DNA from: the human T2T-CHM13v2.0 reference genome, Homo sapiens
Strand: one strand, 5' to 3'
Assembly (NCBI RefSeq): GCF_009914755.1
Contig: NC_060938.1
DNA: 64,000 nucleotides
This document shows positions 1 to 12,788 of the stretch, in pieces. Each line of letters opens with the position of its first letter. Position 1 is the first letter of the stretch. The notes below the pieces were generated by a model. That model ran no database searches. It saw only the letters and a list, made by a program, of their open reading frames with translations, and was not told the DNA's origin. Made by a program: the position numbers and the translations under genes.

Positions 1-16
1 ATTATGAATATGGCAG

Positions 17-17
<1 letters not shown>

Positions 18-55
<38 letters not shown>
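18..55. repeat. (CA)n microsatellite
   Basis: About 19 perfect CA units. Confidence 0.97.
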
Positions 56-59
<4 letters not shown>

Positions 60-74
60 GCATGCATATGTATG

Positions 75-285
75 CTCACCCACGCATATAGTTTTGTGTG
101 TGGATATGCTTCCATTTCCCTTGGCAAATACCTTAGAGGAAATCTGAGGCTGTATGGTAGAGTATGTCTCACTTGACAAGAAACTGCTAGCCACACTTTC
201 CGGAGCAGCTGTACCACTTTGCATTTCCCCCAGCAGCACACGAGAGCTCCAGATGCTCCAGGGCCTTGCCCGCACTGGGATGGGC
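75..285 (-). mobile_element. Old L1M fragment
   Basis: gctgtaccactttgcatttcccccagcagc...gagagctccagatgctcca resembles antisense L1 ORF2 3' end. Confidence 0.7.
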
Positions 286-984
286 CTGCTCTAAAGTCAC
301 AGAATTCTCGACTCTCCCAGCTCCCATGGCGTCATCGATCAACCCCACCCCACCCGGCTGCCACCATGGCACCCAATTCTAGCTGGGCTCCTGCCTGCAG
401 TCCTCTCCCTTCCCTTCCCCTTCCCCCCCAATAGATTTTATACCCCAGTGAATCACAAAACACAAAGAAGAGCCTGTTCTCTCCCTTGTCCTGACTCAGA
501 TCTGCCAGAAGGTGAGTGGTGGGTTCTGCTCAGCTTCTCCAGGGTAGCCTGCCGCTGCATCAGAAGGGCATCCTCTTTAGCCAGAAGCTTCTCTCTTGTC
601 TTGCCTGCACCCTGGAGACCAAACTGGTGCAAGGAACCAGAAACTGTTCAAGGCGCCACACGGCCACTAATCCAGCACCCCAAAGTGGAGAGGGTCAGTC
701 ATACAAAGAGATAGTAACCTCAGTCGCAGGAATGTGACCCCTCACTTGCCAGCAACTGCCCCACCAAACACACAATTTTTGTAATGAAGAAAGATGCTTT
801 CCACCAGGCTAAGTTAATCTTGGGTCAGAATGTTGGCCCAAGTATAAACCAGGAGACCTGTAACAGGAGTACATTCATGTCTTTGCAAAAAGAGGTACAT
901 CTATACCTGCAAAGGAAGACAGCAGGAGAGACAGAAGTGACCGTGAAATGGAGACAGGTGCACATAAATAAGCATATTTAACCT

Positions 985-1110
985 AACATCCAGGGTACCA
1001 TCTACCATTCCTATATTACAGAGGAAGAAAGGGAGTTTAGAGATGCGCCATAACCTGCTCAGGTCACAGGCCAGGTTGTCCGATCCAGGTTCTCCCGACT
1101 CTAAGGCATC
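985..1110 (-). mobile_element. MIR fragment
   Basis: tattacagaggaagaaa...aacctgctcaggtcacag resembles antisense MIR core. Confidence 0.55.
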
Positions 1111-1199
1111 TTTGCAAGCAATATTTTACAAGCGTCTGTGTTACCACCAGGTTCCAGTTACTTTGGTACCCCACAGAAAGCCACTTCCAGTACTTCCAG

Positions 1200-1345
1200 C
1201 ACTCATTCATTTATTTATATGTTTATTCATTCATATGTTTATTCATTTACACATTTATTGAGTGCCCTCTATGTGTCTGACATTAGGGAAGCCTCAGTGA
1301 TTGAACCAGACAAAAATCCTGCCCTGTTAGCACATGGTCTAATGG
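1200..1345 (-). mobile_element. L2 3' end
   Basis: (CATT)n-like run then atttattgagtgccctctatgtgtc...cctgccct. Confidence 0.7.
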
Positions 1346-2814
1346 GAATGAGAGCCAGCGGGTAGAGAAAAGGGACTCGGGCTGCCCAGGGTCCTTGCTG
1401 TGCTCCCCCCAACCCCACCACCACTGCCGCAGGCCCTTTCCCTAACAAAAAGGCTCATCCAAGTCAGGAGAGAGCAGATGCAAAAACCCAGGATCCAGAG
1501 GACCATTCTGGGCTCTTCAGTGCCCAGGCCCCACTGGGTCCATGACTGAATGGGAGACACTGTGAAGGAGCAAGAACACTGTCCAAGAGCCAGGTCTCTC
1601 CTCCAGCCCCACGGGACACGCACCAGGGCTTCCGGCATTCATTCATTCATGCCACTGTTTGCTAAGTGCCTATGCTGCACCAGGTGCAGCACCAGGTGCT
1701 GGAGACACAGGAGGATGAGAGCAGGGCTGCTGTCCACAAGGACTCACAATGCAGTGGGGAGACAGCAACCTGTCCACGCCCACTAGGAAGTAGAAGGTAA
1801 ATGATGGGATGCAAACAGGGCTTCTGAGGTTGGAAGAGACCCTGCTACAAAGAGGCAGAGCCAAGATTCGAGTCCAGGCTGTGGGCTCTAAGCTGTGTGA
1901 TCATCACCCTATGCCACCACCTCCCACTTGGATTTTTTCTGCATTTAAATCCAGTGTCGCAGACCTGACCTGTGCTGGCCCTCTCCCTTCCCTGCCCAAC
2001 CTTTGGTTACCTTTCCTCCTCATTTTCATTCTCGCCTTCCATTAGAACTAGCTCAATAGTTCTTTCATTTTTCTGTGTTAAGTGCCAAGTGACAGGAGTT
2101 TGGGGGGACCCAGAAACCTATACCCTGAAAGAAACAGAATGGCAGTCAAGCATAAATGTTGACCAAGGGCAATAAAATGTTTGACCTCATCATTGTTTTT
2201 CTAGGAACCTATCCTGCGGAAATTTCACCCCAACATAGAGACGCCTCTACAGAGCGAGACGCTCAATCAGGAAGCTCTGATTGGAAAGCAGCCTCCCGTC
2301 TCCCACTATGGAGGTGGCCCAGATGCTCAGTGGGGCACGGTGTGGCCACTCCATGGGCACCACTGGGTTAGCTCTGGGCCAGGCTCCCAGAGGTGGCTGA
2401 GACCACATCCTGCCCCCAAAGGGCTCACACCCAGTGCGGGAGTCACCACAGTGTGACAATGAAGTGGCACCCCAAAGCACATAGATGAGTAAAACAAAAG
2501 TCACCCCAACTCTGTGGGCTGGTGTCAGAGCCAACCTGTGGAGCCTCTTTGGAGCTGAGCCTGTTTTAAAAGAAGCAAATCACAGACCTTTTGGACTCTC
2601 TGATAACGCCCCAGTCCATTGCTTCACTGAATGGAAGAAATCCAGAACCTGCCTCCAACAGCAAAGATGTGACCATCTTCACCTGGCAGGGCACAGGGCT
2701 CTGTGTATTCGGTACTCCAGATCAAAGGAGACCTCTAATGGAAACTTTGTTAGCTCAGGGCAATAGAGCATGTCCATGAGCCACGCTGCTGCCTACATCG
2801 GCTTCTGGGTGAGT

Positions 2815-3112
2815 TGTTCCCTCTGCAAGGAACGTTCCTCCCCCTCCCATCTGGCTAACTCCCATTTATTCTTCTCATTTCCACTTAAAAACACTACCTT
2901 CTCTGAACAGCCTTCCATAAAACATAATGCAGGGTCCCCTTGTTAGATACTCTCCCTGTAGTCTGCCATCACAGCCATCATTATATCCCGATGAGACCGG
3001 GGGGACTGACTCCCTGCCATGGAGCAGAGACTAGGTCTGTTCTCCTCACTTCTGTATCCCCAGTGCCTGGGAAAGAGCCTGGAACCGAGCAGACGCTCAA
3101 TAAATATTTGTA
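2815..3112 (+). mobile_element. L2 3' end
   Basis: ctgtatccccagtgcctgg...gctcaataaatatttg is the L2 terminus. Confidence 0.75.
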
Positions 3113-3511
3113 GGAAGCTGCTGTTGCATGAAGTTAACTCAGGAATCAGAAGGGCTCTGGTTGGTTTGACTTGAAAATAGGCAATATTTTAGAAAATAGA
3201 AATAAAAGTTGCAGATTCTGCACCTGATGCACTAAGTAATTTTCCACGAAGTAACTTTCCAAAAGGGTCATGCACTATTGTGTCACTTTGTTGGATTCTT
3301 CCCACAACTGGAGAGTATCGGGTTATAATGGACACAATTCACAGAACAGCTATTACATCAACTATTGATTTTCCAAGGGCCCCAAAGCTGAAGCTGCACA
3401 TCAAAGAGTCTTTTGAGTGAAGGCACATGTAGTTCCCATAATTCTTGTGTGTCCGAGAGTGGGGACAGCTCTTTGGAGAAACACAGCTCCCCCTTCATTT
3501 GCCTATTACCC

Positions 3512-3682
3512 TACCAGCTCTCAAATGGGCAGTACCACTCCCAGGTGGAAATGCGGGGGGAATTTTTGACTGCCACATGACTGGCATTTTGTGGACTCAC
3601 TCAAGGATGTTAAAACCTCCTGCCGTGTGTGGAACATCCCACTCATAGAGGACCATCCTGCTCCAAAAGCCAGGAGTGGCCA
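3512..3682 (+). mobile_element. MER20-like hAT DNA transposon
   Basis: atttttgactgccaca...actggcatttt...aggatgttaaaacctcctgc resembles MER20/MER20B. Confidence 0.5.
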
Positions 3683-4182
3683 CCCCACACTCACACATTG
3701 AGGGATGCTGGCCTCCAGCCAGCCTAGGCCATGTCCACAGGGTGAAATGGCTGCAAGGGAAAATGAATCCAAAAGGTCACTTCATTATTAATGAGGACCC
3801 CCTACTCCCTCATCCCCAGGTCTGCTGCCCACCCAGGATGGACCGGTCACCTTCCTGAACAACCAGCACATTCCTGCCCTTGCATGCTGGCTCATACCAA
3901 CCTACTAGGTCACCTGGAGGCCATCCCCACCAAGCCCCACCTACTTGAGCCTCCACCCAACGCAAAGTCCTTCTATAGGAAACTTTCCTGGATCACTCAA
4001 CCCCAATAATCTCTCCCATCTCCAAAAAATTCCAGACCTCCAACCAGACAATTCACTTAGTACGTGTCAACTACTGCTGTGTACTCTCCACAACATGGTC
4101 CCTGAGTGCAGACACCAAGTCTGACATGCCCCAGCATCACCCCAACAGACTGACTAAGTGACCGATTCATTCACCTCATTCA

Positions 4183-4531
<349 letters not shown>

Positions 4532-4594
4532 GAGGAAGGAAGGAAAGAAGGAAGGAGGGAAGGTGGGAGGAAGGAAAAGGTTAGCCTAGACCTA

Positions 4595-4790
4595 GTCCTG
4601 ATGAACTGAAATATAACATGAGCCACACACAAAATGTTACATTTTCCAGTAGCCCTGTTATATATAAAGTCAAAAGAAACAGGGGAAATTGATTTTAACA
4701 ATATATATATTTTTAATCTACTATATCCAAAGTATTATCATTTCAACATTTAGGTAATATTTTAAAACGATTAATGGTATTAATGAGATT
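4595..4790 (+). mobile_element. MER33-like hAT-Charlie fragment
   Basis: gaaatataacatgagccaca...aaaagaaacaggggaaattgatttt...tatccaaagtattatcatttcaacat. Confidence 0.75.
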
Positions 4791-6260
4791 GACCACCAAA
4801 GCAAACACATTCCTCTTTTACTTTAAATAAAGGAAAAAAACAAAAGTTGATTCATAAAAACCCTTTACTAGTATTGGGCATTTTTAACACTCATGACTTC
4901 ACTGAGTCTCCCAAACAACCCTGGGAGGGCTTGACTATTTGTTCAAGTGACATTACAGATAGAAGAGACCAACACACCACAAGGACCCATAATTTGGCTA
5001 AAGCGCTGCAGCTGCAAAGTGAAGAAGCTAAAATTCAAATCTGGGCCTGGCTTCAAACACCTCCTCTTTTCACCACAGGCCAGGCAGCCTGTCCTTTCTC
5101 TGGCTTTGTTCTTATTGATCAACTATGTTTACTAGATAAGGGCTGCAGGATAAGCAGGCATCATTTCAGCGGTGCTGGAGGGTCAGGTAGTGATTTGTTC
5201 TTTACTGGAGTCTCCAAAGAGTGTTTCCACAGTGCTCCTAGTTCCAGGTAATCCAAACCATGCAAAAATGTAGAAGATCAAGTAAAGTCAGTATCTGATA
5301 GAGGCTCAAGCAGGATAACTTTTAATCCTGCCATGAAGAAAAGCTTAACTTTAAAAACTTGGCACCAGCCAGTTCTCCCCTCAGGGAGCCTGTGGCTTTG
5401 GGCTTGAGGAGGTTTTATAAAAGCAAGCAGGACTCCAACACCAAACAATGCATGTTCTACCAAATAACTCATTCCCTCAGCGGTGTGGCTTTTCTCTCCC
5501 AAGGGGCCAAAGCACCCTATGTGCAGCAGAGGCTGCAGCTTTAAAACAGCAGTAATCACAACAAGTGCACGATGGTGAGCGGGGTGTCAAATTAACCCCA
5601 CGCCCACCCCTGCCACGCCAAGCTCAGAAGAGCTTTCAGTCCACTGATGGGCAATTAGGGGCCGGGGAGGACCTTGGCGGGGAGTTCATTAGAGAACGTC
5701 CTCTGCCTCTGCAGCTGCACCCCATATGGGCCCCCAACCCTCACGCCTTGGGACCTCAACCACGGATGAACCAAAGTGTGCGGCTGAGAAAATAGCCATT
5801 AGGTGTGACCAATGCCTCCTCTGCAATGCCCCCGATTTCTCCTGGTAACCAGTATTCAGCAGCAGCCTGGGAAATGGTCAAAATGGAATGAACATAGCCA
5901 GCAGGCATCTGCAGACTTGGAATCTCCAAAGCTAGGATGATGGCAGCACCCATTTACCAGCCTCCCATCTGGCTGTTTGCCAGCCTCCCATCTGGCTGTT
6001 CTGAGATGCCTGGAAAGGAAGGGAGAGATTTCTCAGAGATGAGGACGGACCCAACTGGGCTTCTAATTTTAGTCCATCTCCCAACTTTATTGAAACCTAG
6101 AGGAAAGGGATTTTGTTTTATGTATGCATTACATATTTAGATAATAAACCCTCAACGATGGCAAGAACAGAAGAAGGGGAGACAGCAATACAATTCTAGG
6201 TGGTAGCAAGAAGGACCAGTGGTCACGGATTTGGCAAACTCAAAGAAATCTACATCTTCA

Positions 6261-6562
<302 letters not shown>

Positions 6563-7319
6563 AGGAATCTGCATCCTCAGTGACAGCAAGGAAGGATGAA
6601 AACCAAGCCAATTTACAACCCAGAAGTCCCAAAGGGTCGGGAATTAGTGGTGGCAGGTATCTCTGGAAATGGGGTTAAAGTGCAGGGATGCACTAAGAGG
6701 ATGAGAGGAAAGAACCAGCCGGATCCGTGCATCCCCTCCCCCACATCTCCCAGCTGGGTGACTGTCCCTCCCCCATCAGGCACAGAACTGGAAGTTTATT
6801 CTCTGAAGAGGTTAAAAATACTGAGAAGATCTCAATGCAAATTGTACTGTACAATCTATATAGTACAATTGTACTGATTGTACAGATTGTTGTACAATCT
6901 GTACAACAGCCAGATTAAGTGATTTTATACATACTACATGCAGAGGACCAATGCCTCCCAAGCCCACTTCCTTCTGCAGCTCCGAAACCCCCCACTCCTC
7001 ACCCCCAGCAGCCTGGTCTGACCCTCCAGACAGGAGACTGTAAGACCCTTCCATGGGGAGCCCAAGCAGCCTGGGAGGAAAGACCTAAAGATACTGGCAT
7101 GGGGGTCCCCATGAAACAGTCCAGTAGGGACCTATGGGAGAAGCTTCCAGTCAGGAAGGACACCCATGTACTCGGAACCTGCAGAATGCTTATTAGTCCC
7201 CAACTTTTAAATAGGGGAAAGCAACCAAGGACTATAAGGCAGCTAAGAAAGAAGGCCTCTAACACGAAAGCTTCAGATCAAGCGAAGCCAGGAGAAAGGG
7301 TGCACAGGTCCATCACACC

Positions 7320-7535
7320 CAGTGTGCGCCAGGCCCTCTCTAAGCCCTTCACCTCCAGTAACTCATGCAATTAGTGCAGCTCCCAAAGCAGACATCAGTA
7401 TTATTCTTCCCATTGTACCGATGAGGCCTTTGAAAAAGAGAGAGGTTAAATAACTTGTCCAAAATCATAAAGCTAGTAAGCGGCAGAGCCAGGATTCCCA
7501 ACTAGCCATTTGGCTCCACGCCATTGAGCACTGTG
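7320..7535 (-). mobile_element. MIR
   Basis: agagaggttaaataacttgtccaa...agctagtaagcggcagagccaggatt. Confidence 0.75.
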
Positions 7536-8433
7536 TGAGCCACCACTCAAAGCTCCGCCCCAACCCTGTCCATCATGACCATCCTCAGCACGTATGAGAA
7601 GATGATGCAGTCGTGAACAAGAGGCTTCTTTGAAGAATAAGAGAGAGTTCTCGCAAATTAAAAATGTGATAGGTTAAAATATGGAATGTAAAATTGATGG
7701 AATCTCAAAGAAAGCAGAACAAAGAGCAAAAGGGATCAAAAAATAGAAAAGGTAAGAGAATTGGAGGATCAGCCCATGAGGAATGATATCCAAGTAAAAG
7801 GAGTTCTAGAAGGTCAGAAAACCAAGGAACAGAAATCATAATGGATTGTCCTAGAAAATTTCCCAGAACTGAAGTATAGTTTCCAGAAAGGTCTCATTAA
7901 GGGCACAGCATAATGGATGAAAAGAGACCAGCACCAACGCAGGTCACCTTGAAGTCTCAGGCTGCTGGGGACAAACCAAGGCTCCTGTGAGCATCCAGAC
8001 AGCATGAAGCAGGATGCAAACAGAGGATTAGAGATGACTTCACCCTTCTCTGTAGCTACCCTAGAAGCAGGCAGACAGTGGAGCAAGGAACACTTCAATA
8101 CGCTGAAGGAAAATCATTTCCAACCTGGAATTTGATGCCCAGGTAATGTAGCAATCAAGAATTAGAGTATAAGTTCATTTTCCCATGTGCAAATTCTCAG
8201 TAAATCTACCACCCAGGCACTCTCTCTCAGGAAGGATGTGCTCCTGTATGCAACGAGTGAAGCCATCAGAGGAAGGCAGGAAGCAGGAGATCTGACCCAG
8301 GAGAGAAGCGAGGGGGACCACAGGTGACAGTGACAGGCAGTCCAGGTGACAGCTGGGCCCCAGGTGTGGAGGACAGCACAAGTTCAGACTGAAGAAAGTC
8401 AGAGGCCCCAGACTTGCTCAAGAAGAGAGAACT

Positions 8434-8747
<314 letters not shown>

Positions 8748-11700
8748 GAAGAGATAAGAGAGACACTTTACCTGATGCACCCAAACAACTTAAGGAGGTA
8801 TCTAGAATAGTAAGAGAGTTTCAGATGAATTAATAAGCGCATACCCCACGACCAACAGCAACAGCAGACGATATTTAATTCCAAAGAAAACAAAAAGCAG
8901 ATCAGGTAAGGAAAAGTGACCATCATTTACTACACAGCTAAGCTCTGAAGAGCACTGACCTACTAGTGACACTGTAAACCCCAGTTACGGATCTTATCAA
9001 AATTATGATGAAAACATATGGGGAAGTTGAGAGGAGGCAGATTTGAGGTTAAAGGAGGTAAAGAGGGGTCCTACATCCTCACCTTCTACAGTAAGAAACC
9101 AGAGCTTAGAACCAAAAAATCAAGATGAAACAATACATGCATGTTATTTAGAGACATGGAAGAAAATACTAAAATCATCAGCTTAAAAAACAATGCAAGC
9201 CATATCCTCCAGGGAAAGGGGCTGGGGTCTCACTGTTTTCCATACAAACCTTAAAGAAAAGGCAAGGGAATGGGGAAACAGGCATTGATGAAGACATATG
9301 ACCTCACTGAATGTTCTAGCAACCAGGAGAAGTTGGGGTTATCATCCCTTTCCACCAAAAAGACATGGTCGGGCTCACAGCTACCCACAGCCAGTCAATA
9401 CTAAAAACAGGCTCAAATCCAACTCTGCCAAACCCAGCATCCACACTCTCCCTTTGATTCCACATTCATGCATTCAACAATATAAACTGAGCACTCTCTA
9501 AGCCTGGGTCACAGGGGTGGCCAGGGCAGACTCCAGCACCTGACCCAGTAGGACTTCTGGTCTACCTGGGCAAACCCACAGTAAACAAGCCATCATTAAC
9601 AACAAATCCAAGTGTAGCAGTGCCTACCCTACACAGCCTCAACCTAGGACTGCAGCACTTATCTGATTCCTGCTGTTCCTCTTCCTTTCCTCACCCACTC
9701 CACAATCCCTCACTGACCTCATGGCATTGCGATGTCTCTGTCCCCTACGGGTCAGCAATCACGTGCCACTTCATGGCCCTTGCCCAAGGTACTCCTGGGA
9801 ACTCAATACAGGCCATTGCCCGGGGCAACCTCCTGCTTTCGGCACCCAAGGCCCTTGGCTTTGAATCGGGAGGTAACACGTTTGGTTTGTTTTAGATCAG
9901 AGTTAAACTCACAGGCCAGGCCAGCTCTCTCTTGGAGAGAGCCAGCTCTCCAAGAGAGAGCTCCACGCTTGTGTACATGAAAGAAGAGGAAGCAGCCTTT
10001 GTAGACCGGCCTCCAGAAAGGCCTGGTGAGTCTAGGGGGCTGCAGCAAATTCCTGGAGATATCACAGTGTGCTGTGAAACCTCACATCTGCTGCTCACTC
10101 GCTGAGAACAGGGCAAAGCCACGGAGCCCCTCTGACCTCGGAGTCTGCATCTGTGAAGTAGGGGCCCCAGAGGTTTACGTCAGCCTTAAATGACATAATG
10201 GGGATGGCTCCGCTTTATCATCTGCCATCACCATAACACAACACAGGGACAAGAGGGTGGTTCCCATGGCTGCCTCTGCTCACTTCTGCCATCATTCAAG
10301 GTTATGAGAATTTCATCTCCTCAATTTCTTCAGATCCCCACTCTTTTGAGATCCACCCCGGGGAATCACCAGGCAGAAATCTTCAGTCAAGAAGTCAGCC
10401 TTTACTTTGTTAGTTCAAGGAAAACCTGGTGTGTAAATGACTCTAAACAGAACCAGCTGGGCCACTGAACAGACTGTGATAAGGCTCAGCAGCAAAGCTG
10501 GCTGACATCTTGCCCAACATCCTTTAGCTGGGATCCAGTTTTCTTTCTGGGTTCCAAGTAAGTCAATTGTCCTCTCTAGCACCACCTGGTCCTTGATCTA
10601 GTGCTGGTCAAGTCTCTCCCCATGTCCCCACATTCAAATCTCATCTTACTACCCAGCCCCTGACTGACTTCATCTTCCCAGGCTTACCTCTGATTCCTGG
10701 TTCTACCACTCATTAGCTCAATGGCTTGGAACCTGTGACAATCTCACTCAGCCTTAGTTCTCAGGGCTGATAATAATGCCCACCATCAGGGTTCTTCCAA
10801 AGACATGGCACAGGGTCCTGCACTGTGGTCACCTCTCCCCAGCCTACCAACCCCCTCCCCGCACACACTCCCCATGATCGCATCAGTGCCCTATAACCAA
10901 TAAAGGCAGTCCCTGACTTAATTGATTTTTATATAGCATGTACTGTATATTATACATATTGTAACAGCAACAATACCGCAGATTGTCTTCTGTAACTCAG
11001 GTTGCAACTCCCCCAGTGTAGCCTGACAAGGAAGAAGCCGTGCGCACGCATGGGGGACCTTTTTCAGCTGCACGGCCATATATTTGGAATATTACTGGAA
11101 TGTCTGATTGCATTTCATCCTTGTTTTATAAAAATAAGTAGAAACAGAAGAAAAAAAATGGGAAGTGTGGTTATCCATGATCATTACTGGTTTCGTAAAC
11201 CTACCACGAGACAACAATGGAACGGGGGCCATGAAGATTGTGGGGCTAATCCCGCGTTCAGTCAAGGAGGGAGAGGGAGGCTAGGGAGGTTGGAAACACA
11301 GACGACATCATTCAACAGCACTGAAACAGTGAGGCAGGATTAGGACTTTTCTTTCATTCTTTGGCAACTGAAGTCCCTTGTAAGTTGCATGTCTAGCCTG
11401 GGACTTTCGATATGTGATGTAATAAAACCAAAAGTCGGAAACTGTCTATAAACCCATATTTTAATGATGCTCTCTTGTTTTCTAAATAAACTGTGATATT
11501 TCACATCAAGTAGAAGATTGTTTACCCAACACAACCAGGACTCAGCTTGCTCTAGGGTAACGGCATTTCCAGGGTTCATGGATCTCCACTCCAAAAGTAC
11601 ACAAGGATTAGAACAGAGATGTTACTGCTGCCAGAACATGTTCAGTCCCAAAATCCACACAACAGCGTATGCAACTAGAGGACACGACGATGCCACCCTC

Positions 11701-12048
11701 TTTGTCCCAGGGCCACAGGGCATAGATGAGATCACCATGACACAACGACACCACCTTCTCTGGCCTCCTAGGTAAAGAGTCTGTTGGCTCAAGCCGGACT
11801 CTCCCTTCCTCTTAAAGCCCACTCCTGCCCTTTGTCAGGAAGCCTCCCCGAGTTCTCCAGCCAGGTGGTGGCAGCCCTATGACCACAGCCCTGGTCTGTG
11901 CACTCTCAGCTAAAGCTTGCTGCCCCCACCCTGGTCTCCACCAAACTCACAGAGAAACCTACAGGGCAGTCCAGCTGTGCAAATATCTCCCCAATGTGTC
12001 TCTTCTATGGAAGCAGAGAAGGCTTGACAGCCATTTGTTATTTACTTG

Positions 12049-12788
12049 CGTATGAGATTCCTGTGGCTGCTGTGACAGATTACCACACGCTTAGTGGCTG
12101 AAAACAACACAAATAAATTCTCTTCTAGTTCTGAAGGTCAGAAGTCTGAATGGGTTTTACCAGCTAAAACCAAGGTTACAGGCAAGGTTCCTTCTCGAGA
12201 TTCCAGAATCCAGGTCTTCCCTTTTCTGGCTTGTAGAGGCCTGATATGGTTTGGGTGTGTGTCCCCTCCAAATCTCAGGTTGAAATGTGATCCGCAGTGC
12301 TGGAGGTGGGCCCTGTGCTGGCTCCCCTTCCCTTCTGCCGTGATTGGAAGCTTCCTGAGGCCTCCCCAGAAGCAGATGCTGGCACCACACTTCCTGAACA
12401 GCCTGCAGAACCATGAGCCAATTAAACTTCTTTTCTTTATAAATTACCCAGACTCAGGTATTTCTTTAGAGCAATGCAAAAACGACCTAACACAAGGTCC
12501 CTGCATTCCTCGGCTCCTGGTCCCATCCTGCAGCAGCACTGCTCTCAACTCTGCTTCCATGATCACATCTCCTGTCTCCCTCTCTCTCTGACCCTCCTGC
12601 TTCCTTCTTATAAGGAGGCTTGTGATTAGTTAGGTCCACTTGGATAATCCAAGATAATCTCCTTATCTCAAGATCCTTCACTTAATCATATCTGCCAAGT
12701 CCCTTTTACCAAGGAAGAGGACATATTCACCCGTTTGGGGGATTAGGATGTGGACATCTTGCAGGGGAGGCATTGTCCAGCCTACAAC
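12049..12788 (-). mobile_element. MLT1 (MLT1D-like) MaLR LTR, split by an MST LTR
   Basis: ggataatccaagataatctcc...atctcaagatcctt...ggattaggatgtggacatct matches antisense MLT1. Confidence 0.8.
12242..12494 (+). mobile_element. MST (MSTB-like) solo LTR, internally deleted
   Basis: tgatatggtttgg...gagccaattaaacttcttttctttataaattacccag...taacaca; TG..CA ends; 5-bp TSD aggcc/aggtc. Confidence 0.85.

Noticed and set aside
450-613. Minus-strand acceptor-like site (ctccag) followed by a coiled-coil-looking frame REKLLAKEDALLMQRQATLEKLSR
   Set aside because: That frame is phase 0 while exon 1 ends in phase 1; the compatible frame stops after about 11 codons, and I recognise no homologue.
1674-1701. 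Overlapping palindromes GCTGCACC-A-GGTGCAGC and CAGCACC-A-GGTGCTG (two CAGGTG E-boxes)
   Set aside because: Short, inside a decayed L2 end whose consensus is already quasi-repetitive.
6919-7374. 151-aa ORF
   Set aside because: Within decayed HAL1/MIR sequence; chance open frame.
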